Assembly: GCF_006345805.1 (NCBI RefSeq)
Contig: NC_042999.1
Coordinates: forward strand, 141,980,001 to 142,044,000
Reading direction: 5' to 3'
DNA length: 64,000 nucleotides
From: Octopus sinensis
Taxonomy: Eukaryota
This document shows positions 50,324-63,376 of this stretch, piece by piece. Each line of letters starts with the position of its first letter. The stretch's first letter is position 1. The position numbers and the translations under genes are program-made. Under the pieces are notes generated by a model, which had not been told where the DNA came from, did no database searches, and saw only the letters and a program-made list of their open reading frames with translations.

Positions 50324-51106
50324 TGTGTAGTATATAAACAAGCAAACATATATTAAATACACAGGCGGACAGAAAACACAGAAGGTCACCAACTCCACAT
50401 CAGTTATCGGCCAGAGAGACAAACGCAATTTCGGTCATTATCAATATATATATATATGTTTGTATGCATGCATTTACTACAGTCGTCACTCGCAATGGTG
50501 TTTTAGGTTCCTATATTGTGGCGAGCTTACATGAACGCTCTCTCCTATCCCTGACCTTGCGAAACTTACAGGATTTGACAGCTGAATGGAAAGAAGGCTA
50601 CTCCAGTCGGTAGGATGGGACTCATTTTAAGATGAGTAGACTGGAGTAACGTGAAATGAAATGCCTTGCTCATGGACGCAACGGTCCAGGTATCGAACCC
50701 ATAAACTTGTGATCGATATGCTCAAGTACATACTGACAAACATAGTTGGATAGATGATTCGATGGACGTGTGCATATATGTGTGTGTATGCTAAAGGCTC
50801 TGCATCCTTTATATATTATTCATAACGATGTATTAAGTAAAAATGTCAATATAGCAATTCCCCACCTCTCCCATGGCATTCACCATTACTTTAATTTTCT
50901 TATGGTTACTGAACAATATGGTTATTGTAAATGGAAACGTGCTATCGCATGTATATCATGAGGCTGTCATTTCCAAAAGTTGCTGTCGCTAAATATTTCT
51001 TTATCCAATATCCATTGTTATCAGAGATGTTAGATAATTTCTACTAGCTTCGGATGAGGATTTCCTTTGTTTTTTCCTTCTTAGTCAACTTATTGAACAA
51101 CGGATT

Positions 51107-51215
51107 ACCTACCTACCTACCTACCTACCTACCTACCTACCTACCTACATTCCTACCTACCTACCTAACCACCTACCTACCTAACTAACTACCTACCTAC
51201 CTACCTACCTAACTA
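51107..51215. repeat. (CCTA)n microsatellite followed by a (CATA)n-rich tract
   Basis: Visible directly in the sequence. Confidence 0.95.
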
Positions 51216-51564
51216 CCTACCTGCATACATAATACATACATACATATCTATACATACATGTATGTATGTATGTGTGTGTGTATGTGGGTGTGTGTAACAT
51301 ATATCTATATACATATAAATGTATATGTGTGTGTATATATACATATATACATATACACACATACATGCATGCATACATACATGCACACATACATGCATAC
51401 ATACATGCATATACACATACATGCATACATATACACACATACATATAGCCTCTGATGAAATACCCAATTAACCAGTTTCAATACGAACATTTTAGATTAA
51501 TGTAATTTAATTTCTCTAATTGAATTAATTGGCTATGGAAACGGCTGTAGGGATAAGAATTTCA

Positions 51565-52059
51565 TCTATATCTATATCTATAAAAGGCAGGATGTGTGTG
51601 TGTGTGTGAGTATGTGTGTGTGTGTGAGTGTGTGTGTGTACGTGAATGTAATTTATGCACGTCCACAAATTAGCACGCATGTCGCTCCAGTGTTAGGAGG
51701 ACATTGGTCACGACCATGGCCGTGTTTTTGTCAACTTATTTTTCCCGACGCACCAGCGGATAGCGGTAAAAATCGATTTTCAACCATGACTTTTACCAAT
51801 TTCCACGACGGTGAAATCCGTAAGTTTGCTAACATGAGTTAAGTCCCCTGTCTAACAATGGTGCAAAAGAAAAACAAAAGGTAAATGTTTAGATTAACAC
51901 CCGCACGATTTTCACTAAGAAAAAAAAAAACTCGGAGTTTTTGCGTGGAATCAAGTACCCTGACCTCCTAATATGCTACAAATCCCTTATTTTAGTTCGT
52001 AAAAAAGTGGGTATGGCGAGGACGAAAAATTATATCAGCGGAGAACGTTTGCACTCTAG
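51565..52059 (+). mobile_element. Possible decayed non-autonomous Helitron
   Basis: The 5' end A|TCTATATCTATATCTATAAAAGGCAGGATG(TG)n resembles the 61849 element. The 3' hairpin and CTAG at 52056 are degenerate. Confidence 0.4.
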
Positions 52060-52934
52060 CAATTAACCGTTCATTCTATATTGTTTGTACAAAATGAAGT
52101 GCAAGATGTTCAGCATTTACTTTTTTCTAGACCTTACTACTCTGAAACAGAATAGCTTCAATGCAAGCTTTGAACAGTAGCAGCTTAATTTCATCGAAGT
52201 AAAAGTGATGAAAATAAAGTAATTTCCAAATGAAGCAATTTTCAAAAAGTGACTCTAAAAATTAAATGAATTAGGAAAAGGTGGGTAGTAGAGAGTACCA
52301 AGTCGACTGTTGACTTAGCAAATACTATATCAATTGCATTCTCGTTCGATTGCTTTAAGTAGTTTGATAAAATTGACTTCAGCTGAGAAGGAAATTAAAG
52401 AAAAGGTATAAAATCACCGCATGTTACGACATAAAGGTTATGTTACCGGCTTGGCTTTTGTTAAGTGTATCTCTTAACATCTGTAGACACTCTTCTGAGA
52501 TTAAATTCAATGTAACTGTTATCAGTGAGCTGTTTTGTGCACACAGTTTTGACTATGACTTATTTGAATAAAGTAAGATCTAAGCAGATCTTTATCAAGA
52601 TAATTTGTTTATCGACTTCACGCTATTCTCTCTGGGATCCTACTCCCCAAGTTGCTTTAGAGCAGGACTAAATACATATCCTTATGGAAAATTAATTAAC
52701 AAGCTTTTGTGTAGTAATTTAAGGCAAGCTTGACTGGTGAAATTTCGTGGTACCCTCTCCAGTTCTCCATGGTTCAATTATAACTCAAGACGGGAATTGA
52801 ATCTGGCATTCATTATTGTTTACAAACGATAGTCTGTGTTTACTCATGACACTTTTACTCTACTTGGATGGTTAGACTACGAAGAGAAGTTCATGGGGTA
52901 CAAACCATCCGTAATCCTGCATGCTCATCGATAA

Positions 52935-53300
52935 TGATTTAAAAAACCTGGAGAAATACAAAAGAATGAAGTTCAGTAACAGCTGGGACAACAAATAAAT
53001 CAACAATACATACAAAACCAGTCAAAATTGTTCATATTATATATGACAAGGTAGATAAGCACTAAATTAAATACCTCACCTGTTAAGGATAATGGGCATT
53101 GAATAAAAAATAAAGCAATTCGTTCCGGAAACACTCCTGTAAATATTGTTTAGTAAAGCTTCAGCGAATCTCAATAGCTCTTCGTCTCACCTGACTGCTC
53201 ACCATCTAACACGCAAACTATCGTTTCAACGCTGTTTACATGTCATAGTCTTTTCTCTTCTTTCACCTGACTCGTAATAGATCGCTGTCTTCAGTGAAGT
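52935..53300 (-). other. Putative exon-intron-exon unit B, inverted paralog of 44775-45140
   Basis: Minus strand: GGTGAGCAGTCAG|GTGAGACGAAGAG, a 243-nt intron, then GTATTTCTCCAG|GTTTTTTAAATCA. Alignable with unit A across the donor, the intron and the acceptor. Confidence 0.5.
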
Positions 53301-53729
53301 GGATATAAACCAATTAAGTAGTAAATATGTATTTCGGGTAATGGGGAATGGGACATCAAAAGGCAAATAAAATCGAAAGGACAATTAGATAAAATATGGT
53401 GTAACGGATAGAGACTAATGATTGGAATTAGCTTGGGATGAAGAAAGTCAACTTTTTTGTGGGACTGAAAAAGACTACCAGTTTGTCATAAGCATACAGA
53501 TGTCTATTTTGAAGGCAAGTGCTGTCTGATGCTGATGTCAAATGTAATTTTCTGTGCCTTTGTATACTTCTGTAAATGGTGATTTCAAGCAATTTCTAAT
53601 AATTATTTAGACAATGTGCAGTTACGAAAACTTCAATGCAAGTTTTATCAAATGCTCTTTGTCCTTTTTCCTCTGGATGCAACGGACTCTCGCGAAGTCG
53701 TGGAATATTAGTTTTGTAGGTTAATTAGT

Positions 53730-53764
<35 letters not shown>

Positions 53765-54234
53765 TTGGATTCGCTCCCAGGATTTCGCAACAGCCTTACT
53801 ATTGATTGAATTCCATTAAGGTGAAGAATTTGAACTCATAACGCATCTCGTAAGGACCAGAACCTATACCCCAATGCACCTCGTCTAAAGTTCTAAAATT
53901 TCCACCAGTCTACCGCTCTAGATTACCACTTTATCAATCCCTAAAGAATGAATTCAAAGTGGAAAGCTCTGGAACTAGCACCATAAAATATTCTCTCAGG
54001 TGCTCTAATGACCCCGCCAAGTGGCCTCTTTTTCAACTCAAATTAATGAAACTGAGATGTTGGTTTCGTTCATAAACTAAAATCGTGGGAAAGAAAAATC
54101 GAAAAGAAGATTCAAATTAAACTAGAAATTAAAACCGAACTTGAAATGAAATTCAATAAAAATTCATTAAAAAAATTAAATATTTGGTTTCAAATGCGAA
54201 TTTCAGTTTCAGATTCTTCCCTAGAATTAGTTTT

Positions 54235-54680
54235 ATAGAAACGAAATTTGAACAGCCGCTGCCAGATAATAATGGTACAAGGCCAATAAGTTTCAGGATA
54301 TATGTTAGTCAATGCCATTTACTCTATTACTTGACTGATACTTTATGTTATCGATCCGGAGGGATGAAAGGAAAAGTTGATATCCGCCATGTTTGGACTC
54401 GACACGTAAAGAGCAATTTTTTTTCCGACGCTTTAACTTTTCTATCAGTCTACTGCTCTCACATCTAAACAATGGTATTCAATTTGGTAGAATGTCAACA
54501 GTTTTAAGAAGAAGGGGTTAATCAATGTCAGTGCTTGGTTGGTACTTTACGATCCTGAGTAGCGAAATGCAGAGATAACCTCGAGGGAATTTGAACGCAG
54601 AACGTCGGGAGGAGGAAGAAACACTGCAGATTATTTTTTCCGACGCTCTAACGATTCCACCTGCTCGCCGCCTTCTCATT
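54235..54680 (-). mobile_element. Two adjacent diverged SINE family B copies
   Basis: GGATGAAAGGAAAAGTTGA... and CTTGGTTGGTACTTTACGATCC...GGAATTTGAACGC...CTAACGATTCCACCTGCTCGCCGCCTT. Confidence 0.65.
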
Positions 54681-56024
54681 CTCAAATAATTAACACAACA
54701 GAAAATTACTCTCATTACTACACACACACTCACACATACACACACACATACATGCATACAGAGCACATACACATTATGTACACGCACAAATGACAGTAAC
54801 ATGAGCTGAAATTTTATTCCAGAATAGAATCTATTTATTCTATATTTATTTAAAATTGTTTGAAAATTGGTGAAATCTTCCTTCTTTCCAACGAACCAAT
54901 AATCTGATTTATGTGTTCACTGAATACGTAATTCACTATTAACTACTGTTATATGTAGTATTTAATACCATTACCTTTGACTGTATGTAGCCTTGAAAAG
55001 GCTAGCTCACTGTCAAAACGATTTATAGTTTAAATGTCTAGACACGCATTTATTTATTTTAAGTAGGTTTGCCAGCAACAGCGGCGAGTTAATACACTAA
55101 CCAACTTAAATCAAGTTAAGCTAGCATCTAGTGTGTTCTTGAGTTGCTAAGGGTGTGAACAAATTATTTACTTATCGACAAGGAGCTTGTTTCATTAAAA
55201 CTCATGATGACTAAAGACAAAATTGAGAAGTACTTACCAAATATCAGATAGTATTTTTAATGACAATTGGATTGATAACCAGTTAATTATCTAAACTTTC
55301 TTTAACATTTTGTCTAAAATGTCTTTTGGTTCACTCTTTATTATAAACTAAAATTTAAGTAGACTTTTGCTTCCATAAAGATCAGAAATTTAGGCGAGGA
55401 GTCAGACGATATCAACAATCCAAGTACTTGACTGGTACATTATCCACTCCAGAGTGATGAAAAGCAAAATTTATCTTGACAAGATTTGAACTCAAAACGT
55501 AAAGCGCTAGATCAAAATATAGTTTAATTTAACCGACCCGCCAATTCAGCCAATCGGCCGGCTAAGCGGAAGGAAGCATAATAAATGAAAGTTAAGTTTA
55601 TTTCTATCTCGATGTAAAGGTATGTCTAAATCTTTCATTAGAGAACGATATTAGGTTGCAGGGCTGACCTTAGGGTTGTTGGTGCCCTGGACACAGCTAG
55701 AAGGCGGTATTTTTCATCGTGTTGTAGGCTAATGCTGTCGGCAATATGTGTTTTCTGTGGGGCCCGAGGGCAGCAAACAGAAGGACCGCCCCGGCCGGCA
55801 CACACTTTAGCTACGCTAGTGCCTGGACATTCTGTATTTCGGGGCCCTTACATTTAATCATTCGTTGACATGGAATAGAACCAACCCGCAAATGTGGATA
55901 TAAAGTGTTTATCTATATATGGAATTGATGCATAAATTTATCCACGGTAGTTAAGACCTCAATTAATGACACACCGTTGGACTTTAATACGCTGTTACAA
56001 TGTAGTAAATCATGGAGGAACAAT

Positions 56025-56073
<49 letters not shown>

Positions 56074-56489
56074 ATCAGCTAAAACGATCACCGAGAGCAG
56101 CTTATTTTAGAGTAAAACACAGAAAAGCTTAATGATGTTTTATGCCAATGAAACAGCTGTTGAGCATAAATTATGAACTGTATGTGCAGTTTATTCTTTT
56201 CTGTTTTTTCTATTCTCCATATAAAGAGTTTATATATATATTGCTTTTAGATCAACATAAACACAAACGAAATAGTATTCCATTTTCATGTTCAAAATTA
56301 TAAACATTATATTAACGATAGTAAAAGTTTTTTAAAATAAAATTATAAAACTTATTAACAGAAGAAATAGAGTCAGCAAAAATGTATTCACAAGTGCGAA
56401 ACTTATTTTTCTACATATATCCATGGAGAAGGGGTATAGAACATTGCTAGCTTCACTGTTGTCAATTATTCAATCATCTGTGTATTTTT

Positions 56490-56830
56490 ATTTGTTTCAG
56501 TCATTTAGCAGGGACCATGCTGCAGCACCGCCCTGAAGGATTTAGTCGAACAAATCAACTCCAGTACTCATTAAAAAAAATTCTGGTATTTATTCTATGA
56601 GCATCTTTTGCTGAACCGCTATGTTTGTTTACGGGGACGTAAACAAAATCCACATCGGTTCTCAAGCGGAGAAAGGGGATAACCCCCCCACACACACACA
56701 CGCACAAATATACGCGCACACCACATACACACGCACGCATACACCACAGGATTCCACACAGTTTCCATCTACCAAATTCACTCGCAAGGCATTGGTCGGT
56801 GGGACTGAACGTGAAATCATGTGGTCCATC
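56490..56830 (-). mobile_element. SINE family A copy
   Basis: TTTGTTTCAGTCATT...GACCATGCTGCAGCACCGCC...GTTTCCATCTACCAAATTCACTCGCAAGGCATTGGTCGG is the reverse complement of family A. Confidence 0.75.
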
Positions 56831-57265
56831 ATATAAATTCACGAAATTCAGTGAATAATTGATCGCTTTATGTTCATAGATGGCATTTTGTATTGTACCT
56901 AATCCAACATATGAAGTCCGACCATCCGAAATCATTTTATGTAAACCTCGTAGAATCCATTATATCACAAAGCGTTCAAAGAGTTCGTACCGACAACCAA
57001 CAACACCAATCAGGCAGTAATTGCTTGTTTCACGTTCAACTGAACCACCAATCATTGCTCTCTTTTGTCACTTTTATCTCTGATATTTTCGATTCATGTA
57101 TATTGATTCATTGATCTCCACTTTTATTGGATATCTTACGTCATGTAATCTATCTTTGATTCTTATCGAGTTCGCAGGGTGGTGGGGAAAACGAATAGTG
57201 AGATCACAGTGTTTGTGAATGTTCCTTTCTTAGTCCCTTCAGTGTAGCTGATTCAGAGAGAGAGG

Positions 57266-57319
<54 letters not shown>

Positions 57320-58939
57320 ATATTGCCTGTACTAGACTGGTATTTTTCTATCGTCCCCGGATGGATGAAGAGTTCGGCGAGATTTGAACTGAAACAGCTG
57401 AAATAAATAGCACAAATTCTGTCAGATGTTCTAACGATTCTCACTGTTCGCCTCTTTGAAAATTCAAAGTAATGACTCTACAAGGTTCAAACTCAGACCC
57501 AATTCCCGGCCTTTTTTAATTTACTCAACCACTGTGAACTTTTCTCCAGGTGCTGCTTGCAGCTGCACCAACAAGCTACTTGCTAATTATGTCAGTAAGA
57601 GAGTGTCTAAAGTATTAGACTGAAATAAGTTGAATAAGTGTTGGTAGATTATGAACCGTTAAGTAGGAGATTAAATCGTAGGTTATTTTGTGATGTTTGT
57701 TACTGTATATATTCATTATATGGAAGAGATGAACAGCGCCAGCTGAAGGTTCCGTCAATTCAAGTATTCGCCCGGGCTGCCATGTGTTAGGGACGTTACA
57801 TTATGCTTGTGATCTTTCAAACACAAAGGGAAAATTCGAAAATAAAAATAAAAAATGAATATAAAATGTGAAAATCTTCGAATGGAGTGAGACTTATTTT
57901 AAAATGTTGCAAATGTGAGGTCATGGCTGAACAAAACATTGCAAAAGAATTATTTCCAGATGTAAAGCTTCCTACTGTTAAATTCATCAATAGCAATAAG
58001 CCATAGGATGTCATATTAAATCTGTGAGTTGCATCATGTGACATCAATAGTTGTGGCCTGAGGAGAAAAAAGCTTTAGTTTATTCTAAAGTATAATAAAG
58101 ATATATTTACGGTCGTCCATGATATTAGATAAATTAAACTCTTCAGTAATTTTCTCAATAGAAAGTGACAACGTAAAAGAGAGTGATGTAGAAAGTGCTC
58201 TGAGTACATTGCCGATCTAAAGTCGCCGACAAAAAAGAAGACAAACAAATATTAGGATAATTTATGTTTTTTCCCGCCACATCTGTTCATTTATTCATAT
58301 TCTTTAATTTGGAGAAATTGTGTAATATCCAACGGCTTGTCTTAGAACTTTCTTTCATCCATCTTATCTTCCGCTCAGAGTTTGTCATAAAATATGTCGT
58401 GATCATTGTCTCTAATCTAAATACAACCTCCCCCTCTCTCCCTCTCTCTCTGTTTCTTCCTCTCTCTCCTCCGCCTTTACTCTCCTCCACATCCCTCAGT
58501 CCTCTTCCCTCTCTCTTTCTCCCCTTTTCTCTCTCTCATTCCTTTTCTCACCCCCTTTATCTCTTCTCGTTTTTCCCCATCCCCATCTTTCTTCCCCTCT
58601 CTCTCTGCCCCTCCGTCTCTCTCTGCCCCCCCCCGTCTCTCTCTGCCCCCAGTCTCTCTCTGCTCCCAGTCTCTCTCCTTGCTATATTAACGAAAAGATT
58701 TGAAACTTTCGTGCTGAATTTGAATCGTTCTCTTTAGTTTATAAATTTAATTGCAGTCATTCCTCTTTGTGAAAATTTTTTTTAAGAAGCGACAAAATTC
58801 CGCTTGTCCCAGTCGCCAGTCAATCCTTTGGCCAGATCTGGCGGTGTACTTCAGTTCAAATATCTGCTCACTTATAAAGGAAAAATATGTTGTTATTTGA
58901 GGACATGATATAAAAACAAAAATATTTATAATGAGTTCT

Positions 58940-59190
58940 GCAAAGCTCAGACTGAGCTAGGAATTTCTGATGTAGCAAAAAGGCGGGCTATAGATTCCAT
59001 TCCTGAAGCAGCAGAGAAGGTTTCTTGGGGGCAGACTGGTTGTTTGCTGCTAAGATGCAAGATGGGACTTGATCAACCCTGACTGGATCAACTGAGCGAG
59101 GGGATCTGAAGTTGTAAGACTGGAAACCTCTTAAGACTCCAGAAACATCACTGATGGTGTCTTCCAGAGCATCCATGAGATGTATCTTGA
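58940..59190 (+). mobile_element. 3' end of a HERO/NeSL-like (R2-group) non-LTR retrotransposon
   Basis: Translates LGISDVAKRRAIDSIPEAAEKVS-W. This resembles the LG.....RRAI....EAAE.AS.W.W terminus after the REL endonuclease, followed by a 3' UTR (TGATCAACCCTG...CATCACTGATG). Family assignment is from memory. Confidence 0.5.
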
Positions 59191-59644
59191 AAGTAATAAA
59201 CTGGAAGAAGCATTGTGTACTTCTTTATTATTTTAATATGCTTTACGATGGTAAAATAGGAATTAACGACAATTTTATTCCACTGATGTGAAACATCAGC
59301 TACTTCAATCTTACAAGCCCATTATCGAAATGATCGATCTGCTAGAAATAGCAACAAAATCTTCTTGTAACTACCTCCTTCGTCTTAAAACTGAAGGATA
59401 AATTTTATAATGTAGCAGTATATATAAATACACAATTCGTTTATTCATTTACTAGTTTCAATCGTTGGACTGCGACCATGCTGGGGCACCGTCAAGGGCT
59501 TTTAAGTTGATCACATCAATCTCACTGCCTCTTCAGTTTCGTATTTATTTTTTCGATTTCTACTTAACAAAAGGTTAAGTTACTGTTTTTGACATAAAAA
59601 GGATATAATACCGGTAATGCTAAACATAGATGCTCCCTCTCTCC

Positions 59645-59679
<35 letters not shown>

Positions 59680-60461
59680 ATTTTGAAAAGTTTCCATCTA
59701 AGTTATTGGTCACTCTACGGCTTTAGTAGAAGAATTGCATAATGGTCCACGTTGTGGGATCGAACCCGGAACCACATGGTTGGAAGCGAATGGTCTATAG
59801 GGGTAAACATTTGGATCAAACCCCCAGTTCCCTCCCCACTCATGTTTTTTACTGTAGTCATTTCTATGAATTATTTCCATTTCCAAGAAATCACAGATTA
59901 AGCAATTACTCTATGATTAAGCTACTGCTGAAACGAAGAAACCATAACCTCACAATCACAAATTTAATCGTAAAATAAACAATTTCTTTATCTTTAACAG
60001 TGTTTAATTAAAAAAACACACACAAAAATTTCCGCTCAGATACAAAATATTTAACGGTGAAAAGACTGCTGGAATTACAATTTATATTTGTCTGGTTTAA
60101 CAACAGCGATGAGGAGAAAAGCTTTGAGCAGAAAGAAATGCATACATGAGTATTGCAGTCATGTATAATTCAGATGAGACAAAAGTTGTGAGAAGCTGAT
60201 GATAATGAACAGATGAGAGGTATGAACTGAGGAAATGTATGAAGTAATGACACAGTTGCTACCAATGTTAAATATTTTAAAAGTTCATGTATAACACATC
60301 AGTATGAATATTAGGCATCTCAATTTCAGGGGCTAAACTTTCTTTAAAATTCCACAGTGCTCTGTATAGCAAGCAGTGTTGCATTACTGCTACAAGAGTG
60401 TAAATCATCTAAGACAATAGCACAATATATTAGTTTTACTTTTAACCATTTCTTTTTATAC

Positions 60462-60675
60462 GAGCTGGTAGAGTCGTTAACATGCTGGATAAAATCCGTA
60501 GCGTTATTTCATTCGTCTTTACGTTCTGAGTTCGAATTCCGCTGAGGTCAACTTTGCCTACCATCCTTTCGGAGTTGATAGAATAAGCACTAGTTGAGAA
60601 CTGGGGTCGATGTAATAGACTTACTCACGCCCCCGAAATTCCTAGGCTTGTGCCAAAATTTGAAACCAATGTCTC
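60462..60675 (+). mobile_element. SINE family B copy
   Basis: GAGCTGGTAGAGTCGTTAACATGCTGG...GAGTTCGAATTCCGCTGAGGTCAACTTTGCC...CTGGGGTCGATGTAATAGAC. Confidence 0.8.
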
Positions 60676-60751
60676 ATTTTATATAAAACATATACATAAA
60701 AGAATGATCCAAAAATATAAAACTTTATTACATTATTTCTTTTATTATTAT

Positions 60752-60985
60752 AAGGCGGCGAGCTGGCAGAAACGTTAGCACGTCGGGCGAAATGCTTAGC
60801 GGTATTTCGTCTGCCGTTACGTTGTGAGTTCAAATTCCGCTGAGGTCGACTTTGCCTTTCATCCTTTCGGGGTCGATAAATTAAGTACCAATAACGCACT
60901 GGGGTCGATGTAATCGATTTAATCCCTTTGTCTGTCCTTGTTTGTCTCCTCTATGTTTAGCCCCTTGTGGGTAATAAAGAAATAT
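60752..60985 (+). mobile_element. Well-preserved SINE family B copy
   Basis: AAGGCGGCGAGCTGGCAGAAACGTTAGCACGTCGGGCG...GAGTTCAAATTCCGCTGAGGTCGACTTTGCCTTTCATCCTTTCGGGGTCGATAAATTAAGTACC. Confidence 0.9.
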
Positions 60986-61629
60986 ATTTCTTTTATTATT
61001 ATTAAAATTGGGTGGGGTAAAACTTTGTTGCTTAATAACATGTATTTTATACACCCCTAATTTTAATCTTGATTTTGATGTAAGATTGCATACTATACAT
61101 GAATTTTTACTGTAATTCTTTTCTCTCGCACAGAATCGTTATGCATGTCACGTCTCCATTCTCTCAATTGTGTTATATCAACAAGGAAGATTGTTGCTTA
61201 AGTTACGTGAGTTTAAACAGCCAGAAGACATATAGATATCCATCTTCTACCCATGTGAAGTAAATGGTTGAGTAGAATAATTATCATTACCATCGAATCG
61301 TTGATGACTGGATCTCCTGATTCGCTCGAGTCACACTTAAGGCTAATGGATTCTATTTTATATTGGCCTTCCTCTAACTGAATAATTTTCAGTAAACAGT
61401 AAAAAGTATACGACTGAATTCGAATAAAGTCGATTATTAGTTAGATAAATCATCTAGAAGATCGGACAATCCTCAAGTTCGGCGATATAATGATATAAAC
61501 TATGGTTTGAAATCCACTTAAGCAAATTCTGTTACGAAAAACATCTACTCTATCCTAAGAATACATTTGAATAATAATTGCTCTAGATGTCGCCTTACTT
61601 TGTTATATACATATATATATTCTTTTCTA

Positions 61630-61836
61630 TTCCAGGCACAAGGCCCTAAATTTTGGGGGAGAGGGCCAGTCGATTAGATTGACCCCAGTACGCAACTGGT
61701 ACTTAATTTATCGACCTCCCAAATAGATGAAAAGCAAAGTCGACCTCGGCGGAATTTGAACTCACAACGTGACGGTAGACGAAATACCGCTAAGCATTTC
61801 GCCCGCCGTGCTAACGTTTCTGCCAGCTCGCCACCT
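61630..61836 (-). mobile_element. Well-preserved SINE family B copy
   Basis: Reverse complement of the 60752 copy. Confidence 0.9.
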
Positions 61837-61848
61837 TATATATATATA

Positions 61849-62466
61849 TCTATAACTATAAAAGTGAGTTTGTGAGTGTGTGCGCGCGCGTGCGTATGTT
61901 CCTTTGGCATTCCAAAACCGAAATGCAGATTTTGACGTATGGGGTATCAAAAGATTCTGTACTATTTCGGATACCAATTAAACTTTATTTTCATTGACAT
62001 ATTTGCATTACAAAAATTTAAAATTAATATCTTTTACATAAGTCAACTATCGTAAATATCTGCTATCCTACATGTTTTTGGTGACAACGATTTCAGCATT
62101 GAAATATTGCGTTTCTAAATCTCTCAGAGATAGCAGCACGATAAAGTGATGTTATGTTGCCAACTTAATGTGGTAGTCCCATGAAAAGGAAGAATGCTAC
62201 TGCTATTTAGCCCTAGGAAAAGGTGTTTCCTATGGCCAAATAACAGTAACATTCTTCCCTTTCATGGGACTACCACATTAAGTTGGCAAAATAACATCAC
62301 TTTAATTTCAGCATTTTTCATCACAAAATGACCGAAAAACATGTTTATAAAAAAGAGTTGTTTGCTTCACGCTATTCGCGTGCCGATTGTACCCATAAGA
62401 AAGAAACAAATAATACAATGTGGATGTAGGTTATAACACCCGGGCAACGCCGGAATGCATTGCTAG
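61849..62466 (+). mobile_element. Non-autonomous Helitron of about 620 bp carrying an internal 79-bp-arm palindrome
   Basis: 5' A|TCTATAACTATAAAAG; 3' GC hairpin CCGGGCAACGCCGG (62440-62453) followed by CTAG|T (62463-62467). These are canonical Helitron termini with an A/T target and no TSD. Confidence 0.8.
62142..62304. repeat. Long hairpin: 79-bp arms, 5-nt loop, 6 mismatches
   Basis: 62142-62220 pairs with the reverse complement of 62226-62304. Confidence 0.95.
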
Positions 62467-62473
62467 TATGTGT

Positions 62474-62474
<1 letters not shown>

Positions 62475-62560
<86 letters not shown>

Positions 62561-62568
62561 ATATAATA

Positions 62569-62623
<55 letters not shown>

Positions 62624-62671
62624 TTATATTCTATATATATATAATATATATATAATATATATTATATATAT

Positions 62672-62745
<74 letters not shown>

Positions 62746-62751
62746 TATATT

Positions 62752-62803
<52 letters not shown>

Positions 62804-62813
62804 ATATATAATA

Positions 62814-62851
<38 letters not shown>

Positions 62852-62903
62852 GATATATAATATATATTTATTCTATATATATATAATATATATATAATAG
62901 ATA

Positions 62904-62945
<42 letters not shown>

Positions 62946-62990
62946 TATATAATATATATATTATATTATATATATCTATATATAATATAT
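62475..62990. repeat. Interrupted (TA)n microsatellite of about 500 bp
   Basis: Visible directly in the sequence. Confidence 0.95.
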
Positions 62991-62991
62991 A

Positions 62992-63188
62992 GTTATCCAA
63001 ACTGAAACACACAGAGAAAACACAACAACACGAGGACGTGAACAAATATAGTATTATTGGACGCTCAGGAAAGAAAGGAAGAAAGAAGGTTTTACGTTCC
63101 GAGCGGAGCTCTTCGTCAGAAACATAGGAAAAGGATAGATCCAGAGAAGGGAAGACGGAGGGAAAAAAAATCGCCAACGGTACACACG
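62992..63188 (-). mobile_element. Second copy of the (TA)n-associated, hammerhead-bearing repeat
   Basis: Collinear with 39718-39912. Confidence 0.8.
63089..63123 (-). ncRNA. Minimal type I hammerhead ribozyme motif (A13G variant)
   Basis: Minus strand: GTTT-CTGACGA-A-GAGC-TCC-GCTC-GGAACGT-A-AAAC. Confidence 0.65.
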
Positions 63189-63335
63189 TAGTCACATTTT
63201 ATTTTCATTGACATATTTGCATTAAGAAGTTTACTCTGCAATCACGTGGTTTCCATTGTTGTGCTGCCCCTTGGTCATGTGTCTTCAATTATACACCCGG
63301 GTCGACGAAAGACTTGCGAGTAAATTTGGTAGATG

Positions 63336-63376
<41 letters not shown>

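Noticed and set aside
55660-55825. GC-rich patch resembling a MITE
   Set aside because: The putative terminal repeats do not match each other well enough, and no TSD was found.
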